Shown: positions 17,942 through 26,029 of the stretch, in pieces
How positions within the stretch are numbered: position 1 is the first letter of the stretch
How the letters are laid out: every line of letters begins with the position of its first letter
Source of the DNA: a virus
Taxonomy: Duplodnaviria; Heunggongvirae; Uroviricota; Caudoviricetes
Length of the DNA: 26,029 nucleotides
Virus record (IMG/VR): IMGVR_UViG_2671180637_000024
Span: 1-26,029 of that record
Strand: one strand, 5' to 3'
Position numbers and translations under genes: made by a program
Notes under the pieces: model-generated
The model's database searches: none
What the model was told of the DNA's origin: nothing
Seen by the model: the letters and a program-made list of their open reading frames with translations, nothing else

Positions 17942-18694
17942 ATGGCAGTATCTGACCAGACCCGCAGCGGCGACCTTGCCGAAACATTTAAATCCGAACA
18001 GGAAACAACAAAGAACCAGATCCGTGTCGCCTTGCCTGGCATTGTTCAGTCATTCGCTCCTGATGCGGTGACGGCGGTTGTACAGCCTGCTATCCGTTAC
18101 GTTGAAATTGATAACGACGGCAACCGCATTACCAAAAATTACCCATTGCTGGTGGATGTGCCAGTGGTATTCCCGCGTGGCGGAAGCTGTACGCTAACGT
18201 TTCCAGTTAAAGCCGGTGATGAATGTTTGGTGATTTTTGCCGATCGTTGTATTGATTTCTGGTGGCAGAGTGGCGGGATACAGGAGCCGGTCGATGACAG
18301 AATGCATGATTTATCGGATGCGTTTTGTATTGTCGGTCCCCAGTCGCAGGCAAGGAAGATTAGCGGTATTAATACCAGTGCCACACAGTTGCGTAGTGAT
18401 GACGGCAGCACCTATTTTGAGCTTAATCCTGATACCAGGAAAATTAAAATTGTCGCTCCGGGGGGCCTTGATGTGGTTGCCCCTCTGGCTGATTTTTCTG
18501 AGAAAGTAACCATTCATGGCCTGTTAACCTGGATGGGAGGCATGGTGGGGTCTGTTGTTTCTGGTGTGGCTTCAAAAATCACTGGTGCTGTTGAGTTTTT
18601 GGGTAGCGTGAAGGCTAACGGCAAGCCAATCGATGATACGCACACTCATGGTGGTGTTCAGCGCGGTGGAAGCAATACCGACGGAGTAAACTGA
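17942..18694 (+). CDS. baseplate spike / assembly protein V-like
   Basis: 250-aa product with glycine-rich C-terminus, directly upstream of W- and J-like baseplate genes (V-W-J-I order of P2/Mu-type baseplates); GGAG Shine-Dalgarno. Confidence 0.65.
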   Translation: MAVSDQTRSGDLAETFKSEQETTKNQIRVALPGIVQSFAPDAVTAVVQPAIRYVEIDNDGNRITKNYPLLVDVPVVFPRGGSCTLTFPVKAGDECLVIFADRCIDFWWQSGGIQEPVDDRMHDLSDAFCIVGPQSQARKISGINTSATQLRSDDGSTYFELNPDTRKIKIVAPGGLDVVAPLADFSEKVTIHGLLTWMGGMVGSVVSGVASKITGAVEFLGSVKANGKPIDDTHTHGGVQRGGSNTDGVN

Positions 18695-19047
18695 TGCGAT
18701 ACAGACGTGAAGACGCCGATGGCGATTACACCTTTGGCAGCGGTGATGACACCTGGCTGATTAACTCACCGGAGGCCGTGGCGCAGGCGGTAAAAACGCG
18801 ATTCGAATTGTGGTATGGGCAATGGTTTCTCGACACCACCGAGGGGACTCCGTGGATCCAGTTCGTACTCGGTAAGCAGAAGCCGGAAACCTACAACCTG
18901 GCGATCCGTAAGCGCATCCTCGAAACGCAGGGCGTTAAATCAATCCTCTCTTTCAATACGACGGTGGATACCACGACCCGACGTGTCATGTTTTCCGCTG
19001 AAATCGACACTCTTTATGGAATAACGACTGTTACATCGGAGGCGTAA
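18694..19047 (+). CDS. baseplate protein W-like (gp25 family)
   Basis: 117-aa product, ATGA overlap with the upstream gene, between V-like and J-like genes. Confidence 0.65.
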   Translation: MRYRREDADGDYTFGSGDDTWLINSPEAVAQAVKTRFELWYGQWFLDTTEGTPWIQFVLGKQKPETYNLAIRKRILETQGVKSILSFNTTVDTTTRRVMFSAEIDTLYGITTVTSEA

Positions 19048-20246
19048 TGGCTCTGAACCTTGATTCTCTCGGTTTATCTGCAAAGGTAACCGCGGAGGGG
19101 ATCAGTGCGCCTGATTATCAGACGATACTCAGCACCCTGATTAGCTATTTTCAGCAGATTTATGGCAGTGATGCCTACCTCGAACCGGACAGCAAAGACG
19201 GCCAGATGGTGGCTCTGATGGCGCTGGCGATTCATGATGCCAATAATACGGCGATAACTGTCTACAACTGTTTTTCACCGGCAACCGGCTATGGGGCTGC
19301 ACTGACCAGTAACGTGAAAATAAATGGTATTTCACGTAAAGGCGCGACGAACTCTACGGTTGATTTGCTTCTTACAGGAACTGCCGGAACAACCATCATT
19401 AATGGCAGCGTGAAAGACAGTAATAATGTGATATGGCGTTTGCCTGCTTCAGTGGTGGTAGGCGTGAATGGTACAGTGATGGTGACCGCAACATGTTCCG
19501 TCAGTGGCGCAGTGGCGGCGCTGGCTGGAACTATCACTGAAATTAATACGCCAACCCGTGGCTGGGTTTCGGTAACCAATCCTGCTGCAGCCACTGTGGG
19601 CACTCCGGCAGAAACTGATGCGGAGTTACGTATCCGCCAGTCGCAAAGTGTTGCGTTGCCATCAATAACCCCATTTGAAGCACTGGATGGTGCTGTTTCT
19701 AATGTTACCGGTGTAACCCGCCACAAACTCTATGAAAACGATACTGGTTCGGAGGACGGTAATGGGTTACCGCCACACTCTGTTGCTGTAATTGTGGATG
19801 GCGGTGATGTGACGGATATTGCTCAGGCCATCAGAGGGAATAAAGGCCAGGGGACAGCCACTCACGGTACAACATCCGTTACGGTTCCGGATAAATACGG
19901 CAATCCCCATGTAATCAAATTCTCGCGTTCCAGTGATGTGCCTGTTTATGCCCGGATTAAATTAAAAGTTTTTACGGGTTATACCTCACAGATAGGGCAG
20001 CAGATCCAGCAGGCTATTTCCGACTATATCAATAGTCTTACGATCGGTGATTCGGTCCTTTTAAGTCGCATTTACTCACCGGCGAATCTTGGCGTGGTGA
20101 GTGGCGGGAATGCACGCTATTACGATATTCAGGAACTGACGATTGGGAAATCCCCGGGGGCTTTGTCGTCATCAAACATTGATATCAGATATAACGAATC
20201 TGCGTCCTGTACCCCGGAAAATATCGTTATAACGGTGGAGTCATGA
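19047..20246 (+). CDS. baseplate protein J-like
   Basis: 399-aa product following the W-like gene, TAATG coupling. Confidence 0.7.
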   Translation: MALNLDSLGLSAKVTAEGISAPDYQTILSTLISYFQQIYGSDAYLEPDSKDGQMVALMALAIHDANNTAITVYNCFSPATGYGAALTSNVKINGISRKGATNSTVDLLLTGTAGTTIINGSVKDSNNVIWRLPASVVVGVNGTVMVTATCSVSGAVAALAGTITEINTPTRGWVSVTNPAAATVGTPAETDAELRIRQSQSVALPSITPFEALDGAVSNVTGVTRHKLYENDTGSEDGNGLPPHSVAVIVDGGDVTDIAQAIRGNKGQGTATHGTTSVTVPDKYGNPHVIKFSRSSDVPVYARIKLKVFTGYTSQIGQQIQQAISDYINSLTIGDSVLLSRIYSPANLGVVSGGNARYYDIQELTIGKSPGALSSSNIDIRYNESASCTPENIVITVES

Positions 20247-20923
20247 GCAAATACACCGAACTAATCACAAACTACCACGCCACCAAACCTAAATTTCTTT
20301 CACATGTTGATCTGATGACCAGGCCGCTTATTGATGTTGCGGCTGCCACCAGAGGGCTGATTACTGCATTTGATATTGACTCTGCGGTTGGTGTGCAACT
20401 TGACATTCTGGGATTGTGGATCGGACGTAGCCGTGTTGTCAGCCAGCCTATCTCAGGTGTCTATTTCAGTTGGGATACCGACGGGCTTGGATATGATCAG
20501 GGGGTATGGCAGGGGCCATATGATCCTGATTCCGGATACATGTATCTCAGCGATGAAACTTATCGTGTCATTCTTAAAGCGAAGATTGCGATTAATAACT
20601 GGGACGGACGTAATGATTCGCTTCCGGCAATTCTTGACGCGGCAACAGCAGGATCCGGGCTGCGAATGCAGATAGTCGATAACCAGGACATGACGATATC
20701 GGTCTGGGTCTTTCCTGATACTGATATTTCAGATGTATCGCGTGAGTTAATTGCGGCAATTAAACAGGGGTATCTCACAGTAAAAGCCGCCGGGGTATGG
20801 GCGGGGGGCATTGAAACTCCTTCGGTGGAAACCCCATCGGAAGGCTCAAAATTTTTTGGTTTTGATATGGATAACGAATTCATCAGTGGTTTTGATGTAG
20901 GAGCATGGGGAGTATTACTCTGA
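20243..20923 (+). CDS. tail protein I-like (baseplate wedge/tail fibre attachment)
   Basis: 226-aa product between J-like and tail fibre genes, ATGA coupling at both ends. Confidence 0.55.
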   Translation: MSKYTELITNYHATKPKFLSHVDLMTRPLIDVAAATRGLITAFDIDSAVGVQLDILGLWIGRSRVVSQPISGVYFSWDTDGLGYDQGVWQGPYDPDSGYMYLSDETYRVILKAKIAINNWDGRNDSLPAILDAATAGSGLRMQIVDNQDMTISVWVFPDTDISDVSRELIAAIKQGYLTVKAAGVWAGGIETPSVETPSEGSKFFGFDMDNEFISGFDVGAWGVLL

Positions 20924-21717
20924 TGGCGAAAAATGACTTTAAAGCGTTTGCAACTGATCGAAATGCCAATGTTATGTCGCAGGAGGAATGGGAAGCGTTG
21001 CCTGCGCTTTTATCCGGATTTACAGCAGGGAAAGCATCCAGTGCGCAGGTGAACAAAGCCATTCGACAGGCCAGCTTTATTGCTGCAGCTTTGGCCCAGT
21101 TTGTAAGTGACAAAACGCAACGGGATGTGCTTGATAATGGTGATCTGCCCGGTTTTGTTGAATTGCTTGGATCGGGGTTTGCTGTTGAATACCTGAGCCG
21201 CAAAAATCCGTTTGGCGATATCAAATCGGACGGCACAGTGAAAACGGCTCTCGAAAACCTTGGTTTGGGAGAAGGTGCCCCAGCTATTGGCGTTCCGTTC
21301 TTCTGGCCCTCCGCGGCAATGCCAAATACTGTAATCGACAGCTGGTCCGGTATGGTGTTTTTGAAGTTCAACGGGGCGAAATTTTCTGCCTCTGATTACC
21401 CTGTGCTGGCGAAAGTGTTTCCTTCGCTGGTATTACCTGAAGCCCGCGGTGATTTCATTCGTATCTGGGATGACGGGCGAGGTGCAGATGGTGGTCGCGA
21501 ATTATTAAGCTGGCAGGAAGCTACAAACTTTTCTCAGTTTGCCGGGAATATAGGCGGAGGTGCGGGACACGCAATTAACTTTCATGATGGCATTGCCGGA
21601 AATCAGCCAGGATTTTCACGATTTAATTTCACCAGTAACTCTGTGGGTGATGGTGTGAATTTTGTTGCTGTCAGACCGCGAAATATTGCATTTAACTTTC
21701 TGGTGAGGGCTAAATAA
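20923..21717 (+). CDS. tail fibre protein (constant N-terminal part plus currently expressed variable C-terminal part)
   Basis: Precedes a tail fibre assembly gene; contains the left hix/gix-like crossover site in-frame at 21248-21273. ATG 20923 (ATGA overlap, GGGGAG upstream) preferred over ATG 20905. Confidence 0.7.
   Translation: MAKNDFKAFATDRNANVMSQEEWEALPALLSGFTAGKASSAQVNKAIRQASFIAAALAQFVSDKTQRDVLDNGDLPGFVELLGSGFAVEYLSRKNPFGDIKSDGTVKTALENLGLGEGAPAIGVPFFWPSAAMPNTVIDSWSGMVFLKFNGAKFSASDYPVLAKVFPSLVLPEARGDFIRIWDDGRGADGGRELLSWQEATNFSQFAGNIGGGAGHAINFHDGIAGNQPGFSRFNFTSNSVGDGVNFVAVRPRNIAFNFLVRAK
21248..21273 (+). repeat. left recombination (crossover) site of the invertible tail-fibre segment
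   Basis: CTCTCGAAAACC-TT-GGTTTGGGAGAA resembles the hixL site as I recall it (TTCTTGAAAACC-AA-GGTTTTTGATAA); present in inverted orientation at 22994-23019. Confidence 0.6.
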
Positions 21718-22310
21718 TGAAACCTGTTTTTGATAAAAATGGGCTGGCTACAGTGCCGGGCGATATGCGTTGTTTTTATTATGATGCTGAAACATCTGAG
21801 TATACGGGCTGGTCTGATGAATATATTAATACTGGCGTAAGTATGCCCGCCTGTTCCACTGGTATTGACCCGGGCGAAAACATTCCGGGGAAAGTGGCAG
21901 TATTTACGGGTAAGGGATGGAGCCATGAAGAAGACCATCGCAATGAGACTGTTTACTCAACAGAAAATGGCGCAGCTGTTACAGTGGATTATATCGGTGC
22001 CATCAAAAACGGTTATGTCACGCTTTCACCGTTAACGACATATGATAAATGGGATGGTGAGAAATGGGTGACAGATACTGAGGCACAGCATAACGCCGCA
22101 GTAGAAGCAGCAGAAGCACAGCGCCAGTCACTGATTGATGCAGCAATGGCTTCCATTAGTCTGATTCAGCTGAAATTACAGGCCGGACGGAAACTGACTC
22201 AGGCAGAAACAACCCGACTTAACGCCGTGCTGGATTACATTGACGCGGTGACGGCAACAGATACCAGCACCGCGCCGGATGTCATCTGGCCTGAACTGCC
22301 GGAGGCGTAG
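21717..22310 (+). CDS. tail fibre assembly protein (expressed orientation)
   Basis: 197-aa product following the tail fibre gene with TAATG coupling; C-terminal TSTAPDVIWP motif shared with the oppositely oriented copy. Confidence 0.75.
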   Translation: MKPVFDKNGLATVPGDMRCFYYDAETSEYTGWSDEYINTGVSMPACSTGIDPGENIPGKVAVFTGKGWSHEEDHRNETVYSTENGAAVTVDYIGAIKNGYVTLSPLTTYDKWDGEKWVTDTEAQHNAAVEAAEAQRQSLIDAAMASISLIQLKLQAGRKLTQAETTRLNAVLDYIDAVTATDTSTAPDVIWPELPEA

Positions 22311-22710
22311 GCCATTCAATATCGGGTGCTGTTGACGTATCAACACGCATCAGCAGCACACGGTATTTCTTCCATTGGGTGAGAGCTGTAGCTTCTTCAT
22401 CAGTTGCGATATCAGCATCAACAGCATCCTGATGCCAGGATATTTCACTGTCAGCTTTTTCCCGTAATTGGGATTTTTTAACTTCAGCAATAGCTATTAA
22501 TTCCTTTTTGGTCGGCTGAGGAATATCTATCAGTGCTGGTTTTCCATTCAGTGTTCCAATCTGTTTTCCTGGTGGAATATCCATAAATAACTTTTTATGT
22601 TCTTCCTCACTGACTATTAAACCATCATCAGGCCACAGACCTGATGCCTCAAATTTTTCTTTCTCCGATATGGGGAAAAAGCCATTTGCTTTAGCGCTCC
22701 ATACGTACAT
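22282..22710 (-). CDS. alternative tail fibre assembly protein (silent orientation)
   Basis: 142-aa minus-strand ORF converging on and overlapping the + strand tail-fibre assembly gene by 29 nt; C-terminal TSTAPDIEWP motif; directly follows the alternative fibre segment. Confidence 0.7.
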   Translation of the reverse strand: MYVWSAKANGFFPISEKEKFEASGLWPDDGLIVSEEEHKKLFMDIPPGKQIGTLNGKPALIDIPQPTKKELIAIAEVKKSQLREKADSEISWHQDAVDADIATDEEATALTQWKKYRVLLMRVDTSTAPDIEWPTPPAVQAR

Positions 22711-22711
22711 A

Positions 22712-23005
22712 TCAATACCCCACCGCTATAATGTCCACATTAAATCCCCCGGGACCTGCCTGCCAGATGCTGGCCCCTGTTAATGATTTTGTTTGATGAA
22801 CAACCGCCACATTTGCTGGCGATAGTGTTTCAGTTGTTACAGTACCGATATCATTCCAGTTAATTGAGATGGAATAGTTCGTTGTTGTAAACGACCGGGG
22901 GAAAGTTATGTGTCTTGCATTGGTGCCAACAGGAAATCCAAGATAAACACGCTGAATTATCATTCCTCCAGGTAACATAACCCAGTTAGCACCTTCTCCA
23001 AAACC
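22712..23005 (-). CDS. alternative tail fibre variable C-terminal segment (promoterless; expressed only after inversion)
   Basis: Minus-strand frame …GFGEGANWVML… aligns with the + strand fibre at …GLGEGAPAI… exactly at the crossover site; inversion at the 2-bp core would give an in-frame fusion to the constant N-terminal 113 codons. Confidence 0.6.
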   Translation of the reverse strand, partial: GFGEGANWVMLPGGMIIQRVYLGFPVGTNARHITFPRSFTTTNYSISINWNDIGTVTTETLSPANVAVVHQTKSLTGASIWQAGPGGFNVDIIAVGY

Positions 23006-23019
23006 AACGTTTATGAAAA
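22994..23019 (+). repeat. right recombination (crossover) site of the invertible segment
   Basis: TTCTCCAAAACC-AA-CGTTTATGAAAA; its reverse complement matches the left site over TTGGTTTnGGAGAAGGTGC (19 of 20). Confidence 0.6.
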
Positions 23020-23073
23020 TGCAGAAATAACGAGCAAATGGCATCATTCCTGCTTTTGTCAGGGAGATCTACC

Positions 23074-23628
23074 ATGCTTATTGGCTATGTACGTGTGTCA
23101 ACAAATGACCAGAACACAGATCTACAACGTAATGCGCTGAACTGTGCAGGATGCGAGCTGATTTTTGAAGACAAGATAAGCGGTACAAAGTCCGAAAGGC
23201 CGGGGCTGAAAAAACTGCTCAGGACATTATCGGCAGGCGACACACTGGTTGTCTGGAAGCTGGATCGGCTGGGGCGCAGTATGCGGCATCTTGTCGTGCT
23301 GGTGGAGGAGTTGCGCGAACGAGGCATCAACTTTCGTAGTCTGACTGATTCAATTGATACCAGCACACCAATGGGACGCTTTTTCTTCCATGTGATGGGT
23401 GCCCTGGCTGAAATGGAACGTGAACTGATTGTTGAACGAACAAAAGCAGGACTGGAAGCTGCTCGCGCACAGGGACGAATTGGGGGACGTCGTCCCAAAC
23501 TTACACCAGAACAATGGGCGCAGGCCGGGCGATTAATTGCATCAGGCGTTCCTCGCCAGAAGGTGGCGATCATCTATGATGTTGGCGTATCGACTTTGTA
23601 TAAGAAGTTTCCGGTCGGAGATAAATGA
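23074..23628 (+). CDS. site-specific DNA invertase, serine recombinase (Hin/Gin/Cin/Pin family)
   Basis: N-terminus MLIGYVRVSTNDQNTDLQ with the catalytic serine context, plus C-terminal HTH GRRPKLTPEQ…VGVSTLYKKFP, closely matching Hin/Gin as I recall them; ATG 23074 with AGGGAG upstream (ORF track start 23038). Confidence 0.9.
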   Translation: MLIGYVRVSTNDQNTDLQRNALNCAGCELIFEDKISGTKSERPGLKKLLRTLSAGDTLVVWKLDRLGRSMRHLVVLVEELRERGINFRSLTDSIDTSTPMGRFFFHVMGALAEMERELIVERTKAGLEAARAQGRIGGRRPKLTPEQWAQAGRLIASGVPRQKVAIIYDVGVSTLYKKFPVGDK

Positions 23629-23688
23629 AACCGTAGCACGTCGTATGCAAGAAGATCGTGCTGCGGTTTATGCTTATCACTTAAAGAC

Positions 23689-24558
<870 letters not shown>

Positions 24559-24641
24559 CTAACCCTTTGAATTTACATAGCGCAAAAAGATACCTTTCCT
24601 CATAATGTGAGCTAATTTTATGTTTCGTTTGATGATCGGGT

Positions 24642-24703
24642 CGGTCTCGAAAACCGGAGTAGGGGCAACTCTACCGGGGGTTCAAATCCCCCTCTCTCCG
24701 CCA
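24642..24703 (+). other. 3' fragment of tRNA-Ser(CGA) (serU-like), the putative prophage attachment-site core (attR-type junction)
   Basis: CGGTCTCGAAAACCGGAGTAGGGGCAACTCTACCGGGGGTTCAAATCCCCCTCTCTCCGCCA matches the anticodon arm through the CCA end of E. coli tRNA-Ser(CGA) as I recall it; no matching 5' half upstream, so it is a partial copy. Confidence 0.6.
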
Positions 24704-25276
24704 CTTTATCAATGACTTATCTCCCGACTTCCCGTCTTGCTTTTCCTAAACAGAACAATCGTAGAATATTCTTGAAGGGTTAGATCGTCACTGTTTTCTG
24801 TTCGATACTGTGACATTCAGCACTTGATTCGCTATGGATCTGACAGGAAGGTTTTGAGCGAAAATCTGCAGTTATTCAGTCGTTTTCTTATCGGTCACCA
24901 TTATTCTTTTAGACATTGATCCTACAAAGCTGCCGCAAAGTTGGTGGTGGGAACTGAAGTTGCGTAGAGAAGGGGTCAATACCCGGAGGCAAACATGGGC
25001 TGGCAAAAGTGTAGCGGTATTAGGCGCAGCTATTTAGCCTAGTTATGTTTTATGAAAACTTGATATCATATAAGTGTCTTACTTATTGGCTGTAAATAAG
25101 TTTTTCCTAAGGAATTGTTTCTTGAGTATCATTTGTAACTGTAACGGAATTTATAATCCTTTGCTTTATTGTTACGGTATTTTTTATCACACCCTATTTT
25201 TAGTGGTTTTTTATACTGAAGTTTGGCAAAGTGAACTTTATATACATATACTTCATCCTGGTTTCAGTTAAATTGG

Positions 25277-26029
25277 GTGGATGATATGGCAACTACATGT
25301 TCAGTTATATTGATTTTGGAGTCCTTTGATGTTTATTTCGGAAAAGAGAGTGTGTTTCTGGAGAGAGGTTCATCTGTACTTGTCGACTCTAGCTCTAGAG
25401 ATTTTTTCCTGACATATCCTGAAAGAGTGATAGTGGCGGATTTTGGCGCTGAGTTTATTAGTCGCTATTTGAAAGCTAATAACTTAAGGGATATTTCTGA
25501 TTGTAGGGAATATCCATCTTATTTAAAAATAAACTTTGCTGACTTCAGTTTAATTAAAGGATTAATTAGTTGGGCTAATCACTGTGCTGAATACATAGAA
25601 ATTTTTGATGAGTCTATTGCTTTTACATGTCTCTCTGCATTTTCTTCTGAAAAACAATTTGGAGTATTTCTGTTTGGATGTTTGAAAAGCACAGGGGCTA
25701 AAGTTAAAACGATTATTCATACGGATTTATCTGCACCATGGCGTCTTAAGGATATATCATCAAGATTATATCTCAGCGAAAGTTTACTAAAGAGGAAATT
25801 GAAAGAAGAGGGGGTATCATTCAGTAAGATCATACTTGATGAGAGGATGCAAATGGCTGAATATTTACTCAGCACTCGTTGTTATCCTATTAGTAAAGTA
25901 GCTAAGGTCTGTGGTTATGCCAGTGTCTCATACTTTACTTATGTATTTAGACGTTATTTTGGTGTTTCTCCAAGTCAATACTCTCAGAGGAGTTCAGAAA
26001 GTAAAATTCTTACTCACCAGGGAATCTGA
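25277..26029 (+). CDS. AraC/XylS-family transcriptional regulator
   Basis: C-terminal region …ISKVAKVCGYASVSYFTYVFRRYFGVSPSQY… is a typical AraC-type HTH; AT-rich gene in AT-rich flank outside the prophage; stop at the window end. Confidence 0.7.
   Translation: MDDMATTCSVILILESFDVYFGKESVFLERGSSVLVDSSSRDFFLTYPERVIVADFGAEFISRYLKANNLRDISDCREYPSYLKINFADFSLIKGLISWANHCAEYIEIFDESIAFTCLSAFSSEKQFGVFLFGCLKSTGAKVKTIIHTDLSAPWRLKDISSRLYLSESLLKRKLKEEGVSFSKIILDERMQMAEYLLSTRCYPISKVAKVCGYASVSYFTYVFRRYFGVSPSQYSQRSSESKILTHQGI

Larger units (their letters stand above)
21260..23007. other. invertible DNA segment (tail-fibre host-range switch; analogous to Mu G / P1 C / e14 P segments)
   Basis: Bounded by inverted 26-bp hix/gix-like sites; contains two alternative fibre C-terminal regions and two tail-fibre assembly genes in opposite orientations; invertase gene starts 55 bp beyond the right site. 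Confidence 0.6.

Noticed and set aside
20883-21371. 162-aa minus-strand ORF across the tail fibre gene start
   Set aside because: Antisense to two tightly coupled structural genes; no independent evidence.
20905-21717. Tail fibre start at ATG 20905 as given by the ORF track
   Set aside because: ATG 20923 overlaps the upstream stop (ATGA) and has GGGGAG 10 nt upstream, whereas 20905 has GGAG directly abutting the ATG; 20923 is the more likely start.
23632-23667. Inverted repeat CCGTAGCACG / CGTGCTGCGG between the convergent invertase and GIY-YIG genes as a bidirectional terminator
   Set aside because: Loop is 16 nt and there is no clear T-tract on either strand; too weak to call as a terminator, may be a protein-binding site or nothing.
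24580-24705. Possible complete tRNA gene
   Set aside because: Only the 3' portion (anticodon arm to CCA) is present; the sequence upstream of 24642 does not provide a complementary acceptor 5' strand or D-arm, so this is an att-site fragment, not a functional tRNA.
25074-25271. 65-aa ORF in the AT-rich region upstream of the AraC-family gene
   Set aside because: Highly AT-rich, low-complexity translation (runs of F/Y/L/I/N) in what looks like a promoter/regulatory region; more likely non-coding.

Overview
This window is the late-gene arm of a temperate, contractile-tail prophage in an enterobacterial genome. All genes are on the + strand unless noted: lambda-like Rz/Rz1 spanins, small and large terminase, portal, Mu-F-like minor head protein, scaffold-like protein, major capsid, head-tail joining genes, sheath, tube, chaperone with a -1 frameshift site, tape measure, baseplate hub/spike/W/J/I-like genes, tail fibre and tail-fibre assembly genes. 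The prophage ends at 24642-24703 in a 3' fragment of tRNA-Ser(CGA), which I read as the attachment-site junction; beyond it lies AT-rich flank with an AraC-family regulator. The top candidate for an undescribed system is a low-GC two-gene cassette (16718-17877) inserted between the baseplate hub and spike genes, with its own promoter-like sequence and a strong intrinsic terminator. Its second product carries a classical HEPN-type signature and its first product is not the usual nucleotidyltransferase partner, suggesting a non-canonical abortive-infection or toxin-antitoxin-type defence module. Other accessory content: a Hin/Gin-family invertase with a 1.75-kb invertible tail-fibre segment bounded by hix/gix-like 26-bp sites, a GIY-YIG-like nuclease gene at the prophage end, and a signal-peptide protein gene beside the cassette. 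All family assignments come from reading the translations and from memory of family signatures; no database search or structure prediction was run.
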